A DNA stretch of 64,000 bases from an uncultured Methylomirabilota bacterium (GCA_963705305.1 OY970067.1:2112001-2176000); one strand, 5' to 3'; numbered from the stretch's first letter, positions 51,175 to 61,616 are shown. A program made the numbers and translations. Notes: a model not told the origin generated them from the letters alone.

Positions 51175-52509
51175 ATGGCCAGGGCAACGAAGAAGCACCA
51201 TGTGATCGTCGGGGCCAGCGCGGCCGGGTTGGCGGCCTTGGAGGCGATCCGGTCGGTGGACCGGGAGTGTGAGATCACTGTCCTTTCCAAGGAAAAGGCC
51301 CCGCTGTATTCCCGGGTGGGCCTCACGCATTTCCTGGACGGCACCGTGAAGGTCGCGGGGATGAATACCCACGGGCCGGAGTACTTCGCCCGGCTGGATG
51401 CGCGCCTGCTGGCCGGGGTGGCCGCCGTCCAGGTGGCGCCGAAGGCCAGAACGGTGAGGCTGTCCAACAGGAGGACGCTGAAGTACGACACCCTGCTAAT
51501 CGCCAGCGGGTCATCGGCGGTGATCCCGCCCATCAAGGGCGTGCACCTGCGAGGGGTCCACCCCTGCATCACACGGGCCGACGCCATTGCTATCCATCGG
51601 GGCCTGGCGCGAGCCCGGCGGGTCGTCGTCATCGGCGCCGGGCTCATCGGCATCCAGGCGGCGGATGCCATGGTGAAGCGGAAACGGAAAATCGCCCTGG
51701 TCGAGCAGATGCCCCACGTCATGCCGGCCATGGTGGATGCGACCGCAGCGCGGCTCTTCGAGGACCTCCTGCGTGAGCACGGCCACGTGGTGCGGACCGG
51801 CATCCGGGCTGCAGAGCTGGCGGGCAAGGCCGGCCGGGTGGCCGGGGTCCGGCTGGAGGACGGCACGTTCCTGCCCTGCCAGATGTGCATCATGGCCGTC
51901 GGCGTCCGCCCCAACGTCGAGTTCCTGGAGGGGACCACGATCCAGCGGAAGCAAGGGGTGCTGGTGGATGCGCACCAGCAGACCAGCATCAAGCGCATCT
52001 TCGCTGCCGGCGACGTGGCCGAGACCAGCGACATGTTCACCGGCCAGCGTGTGGTGATCGCGATCTGGCCGGAAGCCCTCAACCAGGGGCGGGTGGCGGG
52101 TCTCAACATGGCCGGGGTGCCCACGCGGTACGAGGGCTCGATGGCCATGAACACGACCTCGGTCCTGGGGCTCCCCATCGCGTCATTAGGGTTGTGGCAG
52201 GAGACGGACCAGTCCGAATACCGGATTCATGCCAGGCTGGATGAGGACCAGCGCACCTATCGCAAGCTGGTTTACAAGGACGGCCAGTTGGTCGGGGCCA
52301 TCCTGGTGGGCCCCAACATGAACGCGGAGGCGGGGATCCTCCACAATTTCATCCGCACCCGCCAGTCCTTCACGGTCTCGCCGGATCAGCTGGCGGCAGG
52401 ACCGATCTCGTGGGGGCGGATCTTGCGGGACAATCGACTGGCCGGAAGCGCGTGCGGCGGGGCGCTCGCGACTTCGGGCGCGTGGGGCGCCCGAGTTCCT
52501 CCAGGATAA
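51175..52509 (+). CDS. FAD/NAD(P)-dependent oxidoreductase (AorC / NADH:rubredoxin reductase-like)
   Basis: Motifs VIVGASAAG, VIGAGLIG, AVGVRPN and IFAAGDVA. Confidence 0.88.
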   Translation: MARATKKHHVIVGASAAGLAALEAIRSVDRECEITVLSKEKAPLYSRVGLTHFLDGTVKVAGMNTHGPEYFARLDARLLAGVAAVQVAPKARTVRLSNRRTLKYDTLLIASGSSAVIPPIKGVHLRGVHPCITRADAIAIHRGLARARRVVVIGAGLIGIQAADAMVKRKRKIALVEQMPHVMPAMVDATAARLFEDLLREHGHVVRTGIRAAELAGKAGRVAGVRLEDGTFLPCQMCIMAVGVRPNVEFLEGTTIQRKQGVLVDAHQQTSIKRIFAAGDVAETSDMFTGQRVVIAIWPEALNQGRVAGLNMAGVPTRYEGSMAMNTTSVLGLPIASLGLWQETDQSEYRIHARLDEDQRTYRKLVYKDGQLVGAILVGPNMNAEAGILHNFIRTRQSFTVSPDQLAAGPISWGRILRDNRLAGSACGGALATSGAWGARVPPG

Positions 52510-52534
52510 CCCGGCTGCGGGGCGGGGCACCGTC

Positions 52535-52792
52535 ATGCGGATCGAGGTCGCCCTGTACGCGGGGCTCAGCCAGTATCTTCCGCCGGGGGCGCAGAACCGC
52601 CGAGCCGCGCTCGAGGTCCGGGATGGGGCCACCGTTCGGGAGGTCATGGATCAGCTCGGAATGCCGCCCGACATCCCGGGCATCCCCGTGGTCAACGGCA
52701 TGCGAGCGGAGGCGGATACGGTCCTGAAGGACGGCCAGGCCCTGGCCATCTTTCCGCCGCTGGCCGGAGGCGGTCCACGGCACCGGGGCTGA
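52535..52792 (+). CDS. MoaD/ThiS family sulfur carrier
   Basis: IEVALYAGL...VVNG...LKDG..LAIFPPLAGG, followed by GPRHRG. Confidence 0.85.
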   Translation: MRIEVALYAGLSQYLPPGAQNRRAALEVRDGATVREVMDQLGMPPDIPGIPVVNGMRAEADTVLKDGQALAIFPPLAGGGPRHRG

Positions 52793-52954
52793 CCCGTCCG
52801 GTCGTTCTCCCTGGGGAGGTGCCGGTCCGTCGAGGGCCAGGACCCGCGCCTGCCGGCCACCCGGCTTCCACCGCCGGAATCGGAGAGCGATCGACAGGTT
52901 CGACTCCGTACCTCACACCGGCCGCAAGGCGTACCATCGCATGGGGGAGGACCG

Positions 52955-54235
52955 ATGCCGTTCCGTCTGGGCATCATCGCCGATGACTTGACGGGAGCCA
53001 ACGATACCGGGGTGCAATTCGCCCGGCGGGGCGCGCGGACCATCGTGCCGCTGGACTTGCACGACTTGGGCTCCCTGGCGCGCAACACGGACGTGCTGGT
53101 GCTCAACACCGACAGCCGCGCCCTCTCGTCCCAGGCGGCGGCGCAGCGGGCCCGCGTGGCGGCCCAGGCTTTGCGCAAGGCCGGCGTCGAGACGATCTAC
53201 AAGAAGATCGACTCCACGTTTCGGGGAAACATCGGGGCTGAGCTGGATGCGATCCTGGACGTGTATCCGGCCCCCCTGGCCGTTCTTGTGCCGGCGTTTC
53301 CGCCCGCGCACCGGGCCGTGCGCGATGGGATCTTGACCGTCCGAGGCACGCCGGTCCATCGGACTTCCGTTGGCCGCGATCCCGTGGCGCCTATCCGGGA
53401 ATCGCATCTGCCCACCCTCCTGCGGCGCCAGCAGCGGCGTCCCGTGCATCATCTCTGCCTGGCGGTGCTGCGGGGCGGCATTGCCGAGGCCGGCCGCACC
53501 CTGCGCGAGTGGCGGGATGGGCCCGGGGGAATCGTGCTGGCGGACGCCGTGACCCCGCACGATCTCGCCCGGATCGCCCGCCTCATGGTCCGCGAGGAGT
53601 TGTGCCGGGTGACGGCGGGCTCTGCGGGCCTGGCGGCGGCCTTGAGCGGGATGCTCTCCTGGCCCCGGCGCCGTTCCGGTGCGCGGGTGGCGGTGAAAGA
53701 CCCGGTGTTGTTCGTTGTGGGATCTCCGAACCCGGTGAGCCTGGGACAGGTGGCCCGGCTGGAGACAGACGGCCGCGCCAGTGCCGTTCGGGTGATCATC
53801 CGTGAGGTTGTGGCCGGGCGGGACCGCTTTCGCCGCGAGCTGGATCGGGTCGTGGGGAAGCTCTCCGCCGAGCTTCTGGCCGGCCGGAACGCGATCCTGA
53901 CCCTGACCCAGCCGTCCTCCGTAGCCCGGCGGCGCAGCCTGCGGCCCTCGGCCAGCGGGACCCTGAGTGATTTCCTCGGGCAGGCGGCGCGGCAGGCCGC
54001 CCGCAGGAGCCGGCTGGGTGGGCTGGTCTTGTGCGGCGGCGACATCGCGACGGCAGCCTGTCGAGCTTTGGGGGCGGCCGGCATCGAGCTGGTGAGAGAA
54101 ATCGAGCCCGGCGTGCCGTGGGGCCGCCTGGTGGGCGGCGAGCTGCGGGGATTGCCCACGGTGACCAAGGCCGGCGGCTTCGGCGAGCCGGCCGCGTTTG
54201 TCAAGGCCCTCCGGTTCCTCCGTCGAGGAGCCTAG
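52955..54235 (+). CDS. Four-carbon acid sugar kinase family (DUF1537)
   Basis: Motifs IIADDLTGAND, YKKIDSTFRGN, PAFP, GSAGLA, GGDIA and TKAGGFG. Confidence 0.92.
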   Translation: MPFRLGIIADDLTGANDTGVQFARRGARTIVPLDLHDLGSLARNTDVLVLNTDSRALSSQAAAQRARVAAQALRKAGVETIYKKIDSTFRGNIGAELDAILDVYPAPLAVLVPAFPPAHRAVRDGILTVRGTPVHRTSVGRDPVAPIRESHLPTLLRRQQRRPVHHLCLAVLRGGIAEAGRTLREWRDGPGGIVLADAVTPHDLARIARLMVREELCRVTAGSAGLAAALSGMLSWPRRRSGARVAVKDPVLFVVGSPNPVSLGQVARLETDGRASAVRVIIREVVAGRDRFRRELDRVVGKLSAELLAGRNAILTLTQPSSVARRRSLRPSASGTLSDFLGQAARQAARRSRLGGLVLCGGDIATAACRALGAAGIELVREIEPGVPWGRLVGGELRGLPTVTKAGGFGEPAAFVKALRFLRRGA

Positions 54236-54476
54236 TCCTAATCTGAAGATATCTCACCGCCATTCTGGACGATTTCTTGCTTGACACAGAGCCCTGTTCG
54301 GAATACATGTGAAATCTGAAATTTCTCCTATCCCGGACGCTCGGCAAGCGGTTCCATCCCGGCCTCGAAAGGCGTCGGCAATGCCGCGAGCGCGTACCGC
54401 CCACCCACCGACCGTTGCCTTTCCGAGACTTCCACCGGGCCCGGCGGGTGGATGGCAGCTTCTCGCGGGTAGCCCG

Positions 54477-55154
54477 GTGTCCCTCGCGATCCAGCACGAA
54501 AATCTCGAAGACAAGATCTACACCCGCCTCCGCGCCCTCATCGGCAGCCGCCGTATCCTGCCGGGAGAGCGCATTCTCCTGGACCAGCTGGCGCGTAGGA
54601 TGGGTGTGAGCCGGACGCCCGTGTTGAATGCGTTGAAGCGCCTGGCGCAGGAGCGGCTGGTCGAGCTGCTGCCTCGCCGAGGGATCTATGTCCGGCGCTT
54701 CACCAAGCGGGAGATGGCCCGACTGTTCCGGGTTCGCGAGGCGCTGGAGGGGCTGTCGGCCCGCCTGGCAGCGACGCGGATCGAGCGGGCCGACACGGAT
54801 CGGCTGGCGGAGCTCTTTCGGGGATTCGAGGGAAAGCTGACCCCGGCCCTGATCCGGCGCTACGTGGAACGGGACCGGCGTTTCCACTGGCGGCTGGTGG
54901 AGATCGCTGGAAACGAGCATCTGGCCGCGGCCATGGACTCGGTGAACATGATGTTCTTCGTGTACCAAGACGGGCTGGTGCGGCCCCCCGTGGAGACGCT
55001 TCCCGAGCACCGGGCCATTCTGCAGGCGCTGCGCCAGCGGGACCCGGAGGCCAGCGAGGCAGCCATGCGGCTGCATGTCCGGCGGTCGGTGGAGCGGCTG
55101 GAGCAGGAGGCGGACATGGAGGAAGCCGAGGTTGCGCAATCCCAAAACCGCTGA
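54477..55154 (+). CDS. GntR family regulator (FCD domain)
   Basis: PGERI...MGVSRTPV..ALKRL; DRRFH, AGN and EHRAIL. Start is uncertain. Confidence 0.88.
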   Translation: MSLAIQHENLEDKIYTRLRALIGSRRILPGERILLDQLARRMGVSRTPVLNALKRLAQERLVELLPRRGIYVRRFTKREMARLFRVREALEGLSARLAATRIERADTDRLAELFRGFEGKLTPALIRRYVERDRRFHWRLVEIAGNEHLAAAMDSVNMMFFVYQDGLVRPPVETLPEHRAILQALRQRDPEASEAAMRLHVRRSVERLEQEADMEEAEVAQSQNR

Positions 55155-55244
55155 ACGGGAAGGAGGGCGCACGGACGGGAAATCGGCGGGAACGTCATCG
55201 CGAGCGCACCCAGTGTGCGGCACATCCGGAATGGGAGGTGAATC

Positions 55245-56573
55245 GTGAACAGGAAGCGACGGCAGGAGGCGCAGGGCGGACTCGGGCGCCGAGCCTTCCT
55301 CAAGGGCACGGTCGTGGCCGCAGGCGCGGCGGCTCTGGGGGGCATTCCCGGCATCGTGCGGGCGGCCCAGGCGCCGGCGTATGCCAAGGGGACCAAGCTG
55401 CACATGCTGCAGCAGATCAACTTCGTCCCGGCGGGGGACAAGGTGTTCGTCGCGCAGGCGGCGGAGTTCGGCAAGCAGATGGGGGTGGATGTCCAGGTCG
55501 AGCTCATCGGGCAGAACGACGTCCCCACCCGAACCACTTCGGCGGTCGAGATGAAGTCCGGCCCCGACATCATCCTGATCCAGAACAACTTTCCTCTCCT
55601 GATTGCCGACAGCCTGGTGGACGTGAGCGACGTGGCCGAGGCGCTGGGCAAGGCGCAGGGCGGATTCTACGGATTGGCCAAGGCCAACGCGTTTGCCGGG
55701 GGCCGCTGGATCGGGGTCCCGCACGACGTGTACGCGTGGGCCTGGAATTACCGCGAGTCGTGGCTGCGCGAGGTGGGCTATTACAAGTTCCCGGAGACCT
55801 GGGACGAGTTCCGGGCCATGGGGAAGAAGCTGAAGGCCAACGGGCATCCGGTCGGCCAGGCCTTCGGCCACAGCACCAACGACCCCAATAACTACTGCTA
55901 TGCCCTCATCTGGTGCTTCGGCGGTGCGGAGACGGCCAAGGACGGCAAGACCGTGGTCCTGGATAGGAAGGGCACCCTGGAGGCGCTCAAGCTCAATACG
56001 GCCATGTGGAAGGAGTGCATGGATGATAGCGGGCTCTCCTGGGACGATGCCTCGAACAACCGGGCTTTCCTGGCGGGCTCCATCTCTGTGACCGGCAACT
56101 CGCCCAGCATCTACTTCGTGGCGCGCGACAAGTTCCCGGATGTCTATGCCGACATGGACCACGCCCCTATGCCCAATGGGCCGGCGGGCCGCTTCTATCA
56201 GCTGCCCGCCTATACCAGCATCGTGATGAAGTACTCCAAGAACCAGAAGCTGGCCAAGGAGTTCATCGCCTGGTACATGGCCAAAGAGCAGTATCGGACG
56301 TGGTTCGAGGCCATGGGGACGTTTTCGATTCCTCCGACGAAGATGTGGTACGATGATCCGCTCTGGGTGCGTGATCGCAAGTGCACCGTCTTTCGCGATG
56401 TGATCAAAGACTCCCTTTGGGCGGGCTATGCCGGACCTCCCAGCCGGCAGGCCTCAGAGGCCATGGCCAAGTACATCATCGTGGATATGTTCGCCAAGGC
56501 CATCCAGGGCGCCTCGCCGCAGGACGCCTTGAAGTGGGCCACCGGAGAGCTGAAGAAGATCTACAGCGCCTGA
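55245..56573 (+). CDS. ABC transporter solute-binding protein (carbohydrate family), Tat signal
   Basis: GRRAFLKG signal; PETWDEF and WDDASNNRAFLAG. Confidence 0.88.
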   Translation: MNRKRRQEAQGGLGRRAFLKGTVVAAGAAALGGIPGIVRAAQAPAYAKGTKLHMLQQINFVPAGDKVFVAQAAEFGKQMGVDVQVELIGQNDVPTRTTSAVEMKSGPDIILIQNNFPLLIADSLVDVSDVAEALGKAQGGFYGLAKANAFAGGRWIGVPHDVYAWAWNYRESWLREVGYYKFPETWDEFRAMGKKLKANGHPVGQAFGHSTNDPNNYCYALIWCFGGAETAKDGKTVVLDRKGTLEALKLNTAMWKECMDDSGLSWDDASNNRAFLAGSISVTGNSPSIYFVARDKFPDVYADMDHAPMPNGPAGRFYQLPAYTSIVMKYSKNQKLAKEFIAWYMAKEQYRTWFEAMGTFSIPPTKMWYDDPLWVRDRKCTVFRDVIKDSLWAGYAGPPSRQASEAMAKYIIVDMFAKAIQGASPQDALKWATGELKKIYSA

Positions 56574-56780
56574 GCATGCCTCCTCCGGCCCGGGGGCCGC
56601 TTCCGGCGCCCCTGGGCCGGAGATTGTGTCGTCTGATCGAGCGGGGCGCGTGCCTGCCCCGGTTGCGGGTGTCGCGGACCGGGATCCGGCGAAGCCCGAT
56701 GCCCCGGATCGGCCGGGCAGCGGGCCCGTGCGGTGTCCCTGCTTGCGACGCCGGCGCCATCCCCTTCATGGAGGACCAGA

Positions 56781-58124
56781 ATGAATCTGCATCGCTTTCT
56801 GCAGGAACGAGCTGAGGCCAAGCACCCCATCCGCGTCGGCCTGATCGGCGCCGGGAAGTTCGGAACGATGTTTCTGGCGCAGGCCCGGTTCACCCCCGGG
56901 ATCCACGTCCTGGGCATCGCCGACCTGAATGTCGAGCGCGCCCGCGAATCCTGCCGGCGCGTCGGCCTGCCGGCTGAACGATATGGGGCTCCGTCCTTCG
57001 CGGCGGCGCTGAAGTCCGGCGGGACCCACATCACCAATGACGCCATGGCCCTCATCGCCGCCGACGGGCTGGACATCGTGGTGGAGGCCACCGGCGTTCC
57101 GCCCGCCGGCATCCGGCATGCCCTGGCCGCGATCGCCCACCGGCGGCATCTCATCATGGTGTGCGTCGAGGCCAACGTCGTGGCCGGCCCCTTGCTGGCC
57201 AGGCGGGCGAAGGAGGCAGGGCTGATCTACTCCCTGGCCTACGGGGACCAGCCGGCCATCATCTGCGAGCTGGTGGACTGGGCCAGAACCTGCGGTTTCC
57301 CTGTCGTGTGCGCCGGGAAGGGGACCCGCTACCACCCGGACTTTCACGCCTCCACGCCCGAGACCGTCTGGGAGAACTTCGGCTGGAGCGCCGAGACCGC
57401 GGCCAAGGCCGGAGCCAACCCCAAGATGTTCAACTCGTTCATCGACGGGACCAAGTCGGGCATCGAGATGACCGCCGTGTGCAACGCCACCGGCCTCGTC
57501 CCGCCGCCGGACGGACTCGGATTTCCGCCGGTGTCGGCCGTCGAGGTAGCGAAGCATCTGAAACCCAGGGAGGCGGGCGGGGTCCTGCACCATGCGGGGA
57601 CCGTGGAAGTCATCTCCAGCCTGAACCGGGACCGCACGCCTGTTCCGGGGCACCTCCAGATGGGCGTGTACGTGACCTACGAGGCGCCGTCCGCCTACAC
57701 CCAGGGCTGCTTCAACGAGTACTGGCTCCTCCCCGACGAGACGGGCAAGTACGCCGGGCTGTACCGGCCGCTCCACCTGATCGGCCTCGAGCTCGGGGTC
57801 AGCGTGGCCTCCATCATGGGGCGCGGCGAGCCCACGGGCTCCCCCGTCGGGTGGCATGCCGACGTGGTGGCCACGGCCAAGCGCGACCTCAAGGCGGGAG
57901 AGGTGCTCGACGGGGAGGGCGGCTATATGGTCTGGGGGAAGATCATGCCCGCCGCCACGTCGCTGGCCAAGAAGGGTCTCCCGCTGGGCCTGGCCCACAT
58001 GAAGCTGGTGCGTCCGGTGGCAAAAGGCCAGCTCGTCACCTGGGCCGACGTCGAGGCGGATGCCAAGGATCCCACCGTGGCTTTCCGGCAGGAGATGGAA
58101 AAGGAGTTTGCCCCGAAGCGGTAG
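56781..58124 (+). CDS. NAD(P)-dependent oxidoreductase with C-terminal SAF domain (homoserine-dehydrogenase-like)
   Basis: Rossmann GLIGAGKFG; YGDQPA, NPKMFNSFIDGTKS, AKRDLKAGEVLDGEGG and LPLGLA. Confidence 0.85.
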   Translation: MNLHRFLQERAEAKHPIRVGLIGAGKFGTMFLAQARFTPGIHVLGIADLNVERARESCRRVGLPAERYGAPSFAAALKSGGTHITNDAMALIAADGLDIVVEATGVPPAGIRHALAAIAHRRHLIMVCVEANVVAGPLLARRAKEAGLIYSLAYGDQPAIICELVDWARTCGFPVVCAGKGTRYHPDFHASTPETVWENFGWSAETAAKAGANPKMFNSFIDGTKSGIEMTAVCNATGLVPPPDGLGFPPVSAVEVAKHLKPREAGGVLHHAGTVEVISSLNRDRTPVPGHLQMGVYVTYEAPSAYTQGCFNEYWLLPDETGKYAGLYRPLHLIGLELGVSVASIMGRGEPTGSPVGWHADVVATAKRDLKAGEVLDGEGGYMVWGKIMPAATSLAKKGLPLGLAHMKLVRPVAKGQLVTWADVEADAKDPTVAFRQEMEKEFAPKR

Positions 58125-58263
58125 CGGCGGGACCGAGGGCCGGCGGAGAGGGTGAAGCCGGCACGGGATGGAGGACGCAAGGGGAGTGACGGGAGAAGAG
58201 CGAGCAGGGGGATCGTGCAGCGGCTGGAAACGACGTCCCGTTCGGGAACAGGAGGAGGATGTC

Positions 58264-59601
58264 ATGAGCAGAGACCGAGGCCAGAAGAATGCCAGGGGCT
58301 GGGGGGCCATTCCGCGACGGACCTTCCTGAAAGGGGCCGCCGCAGTCACGGGCGCGGCAAGTCTCGGGGGCATCCCGGGGATCGTGGCGGCGGCCACGGC
58401 TCCGGCCTACCCCAAGGGGACGAAGCTGCACCTCCTCACCCGCATCAACTTCATCCCTGCCGGGGACACGCTGTTTCTGGCGCAGGGCGAGGAGTTCGGG
58501 AAGCAGATGGGGGTCGAGGTCCAGATCGAGCGGATCGGGGAGAACGACATCCAGACCCGTGCGGCGGCCGCGATCATGTCCCAGTCGGGGCCCGACATCG
58601 TCATGTTCCAAAACAACTACCCCCACCTCATGGCCAACGGCCTGGCGGACGTGAGCGACCTCGCCGAGGCCGTCGGGAAGACCCAGGGTGGCTACTGGGA
58701 CCTCTCCAAAGCCAACGCCTACGTCGGCACGCGATGGCTGGCGGTGCCCTACGGCGTTCTCTCCAACACCATGAACTACCGCGAGGACTGGCTGAAGGAG
58801 GCCGGCTTCAACACGTTCCCGGACACCTACGAGGAGCTGCGGGAGGTCGGGAAGAAGCTGAAGAGCATGGGGCACCCGGTGGGGCAGTGCTTCGGCCACA
58901 GCGTGAACGACCCCAACTCCTGGTGCTACCCCTTTGTGTGGGCCTACGGCGGCTACGAGGTGGAGAGGAACGGCAAGACGGTGGCCCTGGACAAGAAGGG
59001 GACCCTGGAGGCGATCAAGCTGAACACGGCCATGTGGAAGGACTGCTTCGACGAGGGCGGGCTGTCCTGGGATGATGCCAGCAACAACCGGGCTTTCCTG
59101 GCGGGAAGCATCTCGATCACCAACAACGGCGCCAGCATCTACTTCGTCGCCAAGGAGAAGTTCCCGGACATTGCCAAGGCCATGAACCACGCCCCCAATC
59201 CCCGCGGGCCGGCCGGCCGCTTCTACCACATGGCGACCCACAGCAGCGCGGTGATGAAGTACTCCAAGAACCAGAAGCTGGCCAAGGAGTTCATCCGCTG
59301 GTACATGGACAAGAAACAGTATGAGCCCTGGTTCATCGCCATGTCCAGCTACATGATCCCGCCGACCAAGGTGTGGTTCGACCACCCCGCCTGGACGACG
59401 GACCCGAAGCTGACGCCTTTCAGGGACACCATCAAGGACGCCCGGCACCTGGGGTACGCCGGACCGCCCAGCGCCAAGGCCTCCGAGGCGCTGGCCAAGT
59501 ACATCATCGTGGACATGTTCACCAAGGCCATCCAGGGGACGGCGCCGGAACAGTCGCTGGCGTGGGCCGCCGGCGAGCTGAAGAAGATCTACGGCGCCTG
59601 A
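58264..59601 (+). CDS. ABC transporter solute-binding protein, paralog of 55245, Tat signal
   Basis: PRRTFLKG signal; collinear with 55245..56573. Confidence 0.88.
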   Translation: MSRDRGQKNARGWGAIPRRTFLKGAAAVTGAASLGGIPGIVAAATAPAYPKGTKLHLLTRINFIPAGDTLFLAQGEEFGKQMGVEVQIERIGENDIQTRAAAAIMSQSGPDIVMFQNNYPHLMANGLADVSDLAEAVGKTQGGYWDLSKANAYVGTRWLAVPYGVLSNTMNYREDWLKEAGFNTFPDTYEELREVGKKLKSMGHPVGQCFGHSVNDPNSWCYPFVWAYGGYEVERNGKTVALDKKGTLEAIKLNTAMWKDCFDEGGLSWDDASNNRAFLAGSISITNNGASIYFVAKEKFPDIAKAMNHAPNPRGPAGRFYHMATHSSAVMKYSKNQKLAKEFIRWYMDKKQYEPWFIAMSSYMIPPTKVWFDHPAWTTDPKLTPFRDTIKDARHLGYAGPPSAKASEALAKYIIVDMFTKAIQGTAPEQSLAWAAGELKKIYGA

Positions 59602-59686
59602 GGACGGGACGGCTCCGGCCCAGGGGTCACGCACGCGGCCCCCGGGCCGGCTTTCACCAATTTCTCTCCCAGGGGAGATCGTATCT

Positions 59687-60667
59687 GTGGTCGAATCCGG
59701 ACGCAGCGCCAGCTCGGTATCGCGCGCCAGGTCGGGCCTCTCCGTAGGTTCCGCGCTCCGACGGCTGCGCACCGCCAGCGCGACGGAGCGGCGGGAGTGG
59801 CTGCTCGCCTTTTGCCTGCTCCTACCCGCCTGCATCATGCTGGCCCTCTTCGTGGCCTACCCGTTCGTCCGGGGGATCTGGCTCGGCTTTACCAATACGG
59901 TGGTGGGACAGGCGGGCACCTTCATCGGCCTGCAGAACTACGTGACGCTCTGGCACGACGACATCTTCCGGCGCGCAGCGACCAATACCTTCGTCTACAC
60001 GGGCGTTGCGACCGTCCTGAAGCTGGCGCTGGGGATGGTCGTCGCCCTGATGATGAATAACCTCCTGGGCTTCAAGCGGCTCCTGCGGGCCTCCATGCTG
60101 CTCCCCTGGATCGTGCCAACCGTCCTCTCGGCTCTGGCCTGGAAATGGATGTTCGACCCCACCTTCAGCATCCTGAACTGGATCATGTACCGGTTGGATT
60201 TGATCCGATTCCGGGTGGACTGGCTGGGCGGGCCCATCACCGCCATGACCTCGGTCATCCTGGTCAACGTCTGGCGGGGGATGCCCTTCTTCGCCATCAC
60301 GCTCTTGGCGGGGCTGCAGACCGTCAATCCCGACGTGCTGGAGGCCGCCGCCATCGACGGGGCGACGGCCTGGCAGCGCTTCTGGAAGGTGACCTGGCCG
60401 CTCCTGATGCCGGTTACCATGGTGGTGGTTCTGTTCTCCGTCATCATGACGTTCGCCGACTTCCAATTGGTCTACATCCTCACCGGCGGCGGCCCGGCCA
60501 ACAGCACCCATCTGTTCGCCACCTACGCGTACCAGCTCGGCATTGCCACGGCCAAGCTCGGCGAGGGGGCCGCGGCGTCGCTGGCAATGTTCCCGTTCCT
60601 CTTCCTGGTGGTGCTGTTCCAGCTCTGGTACGTCCGCCGCGGCGAAGGCGGCAAGGGAGGCGCCTGA
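59687..60667 (+). CDS. Carbohydrate ABC transporter permease 1
   Basis: FIGLQNY, LLPWIVP, EAA loop EAAAIDGA and GGGPANSTH. Confidence 0.92.
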   Translation: MVESGRSASSVSRARSGLSVGSALRRLRTASATERREWLLAFCLLLPACIMLALFVAYPFVRGIWLGFTNTVVGQAGTFIGLQNYVTLWHDDIFRRAATNTFVYTGVATVLKLALGMVVALMMNNLLGFKRLLRASMLLPWIVPTVLSALAWKWMFDPTFSILNWIMYRLDLIRFRVDWLGGPITAMTSVILVNVWRGMPFFAITLLAGLQTVNPDVLEAAAIDGATAWQRFWKVTWPLLMPVTMVVVLFSVIMTFADFQLVYILTGGGPANSTHLFATYAYQLGIATAKLGEGAAASLAMFPFLFLVVLFQLWYVRRGEGGKGGA

Positions 60668-61524
60668 TGGCAGCGGTGAGCGGGGCGCGGTGGCGGCGCT
60701 GGGTGGGCCTTTATCTCCCCCTCGGGGGGGTGATGGTCTTCACCCTGTTCCCTTTCTACTACATGGCCCTGACCGCCATCCGGCCGGATCGGGAGATGTA
60801 CATCCCCTGGAACCGGCCGAACTTCTCCCCCTTCTGGACCCTCCACCCGACGTTTGACAACATCGCCCTGCTCTTCCGCGAGACCCTGTTCGCGCGCTGG
60901 CTGCTCAACACGCTGATGATCGCCACCATGTCCACGATCATCTCCCTGTTTTGCGGGCTGCTGGCCGCGTATGCATTGGTGCGGCTCCGCTTCCCGGGCG
61001 GCGGCGCGCTGGGGACCGGAATCTTCGTCACCTACCTGGTGCCCCAGACCCTCCTCTTCATTCCGTTGGGGGACGTCATCCGGACCTTTCACCTGGCCGA
61101 TACGCCCTGGTCGCTGATCCTGACGTACCCCACGTTTCTTATTCCCTTCTGCACCTGGCTGATGATGGGGTATTTCCGAACCATTCCCAAAGAGCTGGAG
61201 GAGTGCGCCCAGATCGACGGGGCGACCCGCCTCCAGGCCATGGTGCGGATCATCTTTCCGGTGGCCATGCCGGGGATCCTCTCGGCGGGCATCTTTGCCT
61301 TCACCCTCTCCTGGAACGAATTTCTCTACGCCCTGGTGTTCCTCTCCAGCGCCAGCCAGAAGACGATCCCCGTCGGCGTCGTGAGCGAGCTGGTCCGCGG
61401 GGACACCTTCTACTGGGGCCCCATGATGGCCGGCGCCCTCCTGGGGTCGGTCCCGGTGGCCTTCATCTACTCCTTCTTCGTGGAGCAGTACGTCAGCGCC
61501 ATGACCGGGGCGGTGAAGGGCTAA
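60667..61524 (+). CDS. Carbohydrate ABC transporter permease 2
   Basis: IPKELEECAQIDGA, SWNEFLYA and AMTGAVKG. ATG overlaps the upstream TGA. Confidence 0.92.
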   Translation: MAAVSGARWRRWVGLYLPLGGVMVFTLFPFYYMALTAIRPDREMYIPWNRPNFSPFWTLHPTFDNIALLFRETLFARWLLNTLMIATMSTIISLFCGLLAAYALVRLRFPGGGALGTGIFVTYLVPQTLLFIPLGDVIRTFHLADTPWSLILTYPTFLIPFCTWLMMGYFRTIPKELEECAQIDGATRLQAMVRIIFPVAMPGILSAGIFAFTLSWNEFLYALVFLSSASQKTIPVGVVSELVRGDTFYWGPMMAGALLGSVPVAFIYSFFVEQYVSAMTGAVKG

Positions 61525-61616
61525 ATCGAAGGCGCCGGCGGCCTTTCCTCCCCCACCATTGCACGTGCAATCGTCCGCGAAATCGTCCGAGCGGCAGCCC
61601 CTCCGGGGGCTGCCGG

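Noticed and set aside
56781..58124. Calling the SAF-domain protein flagellar FlgA or a true homoserine dehydrogenase
   Set aside because: The Rossmann-plus-SAF architecture and the catabolic neighbourhood fit an uncharacterised oxidoreductase; no flagellar genes are nearby.
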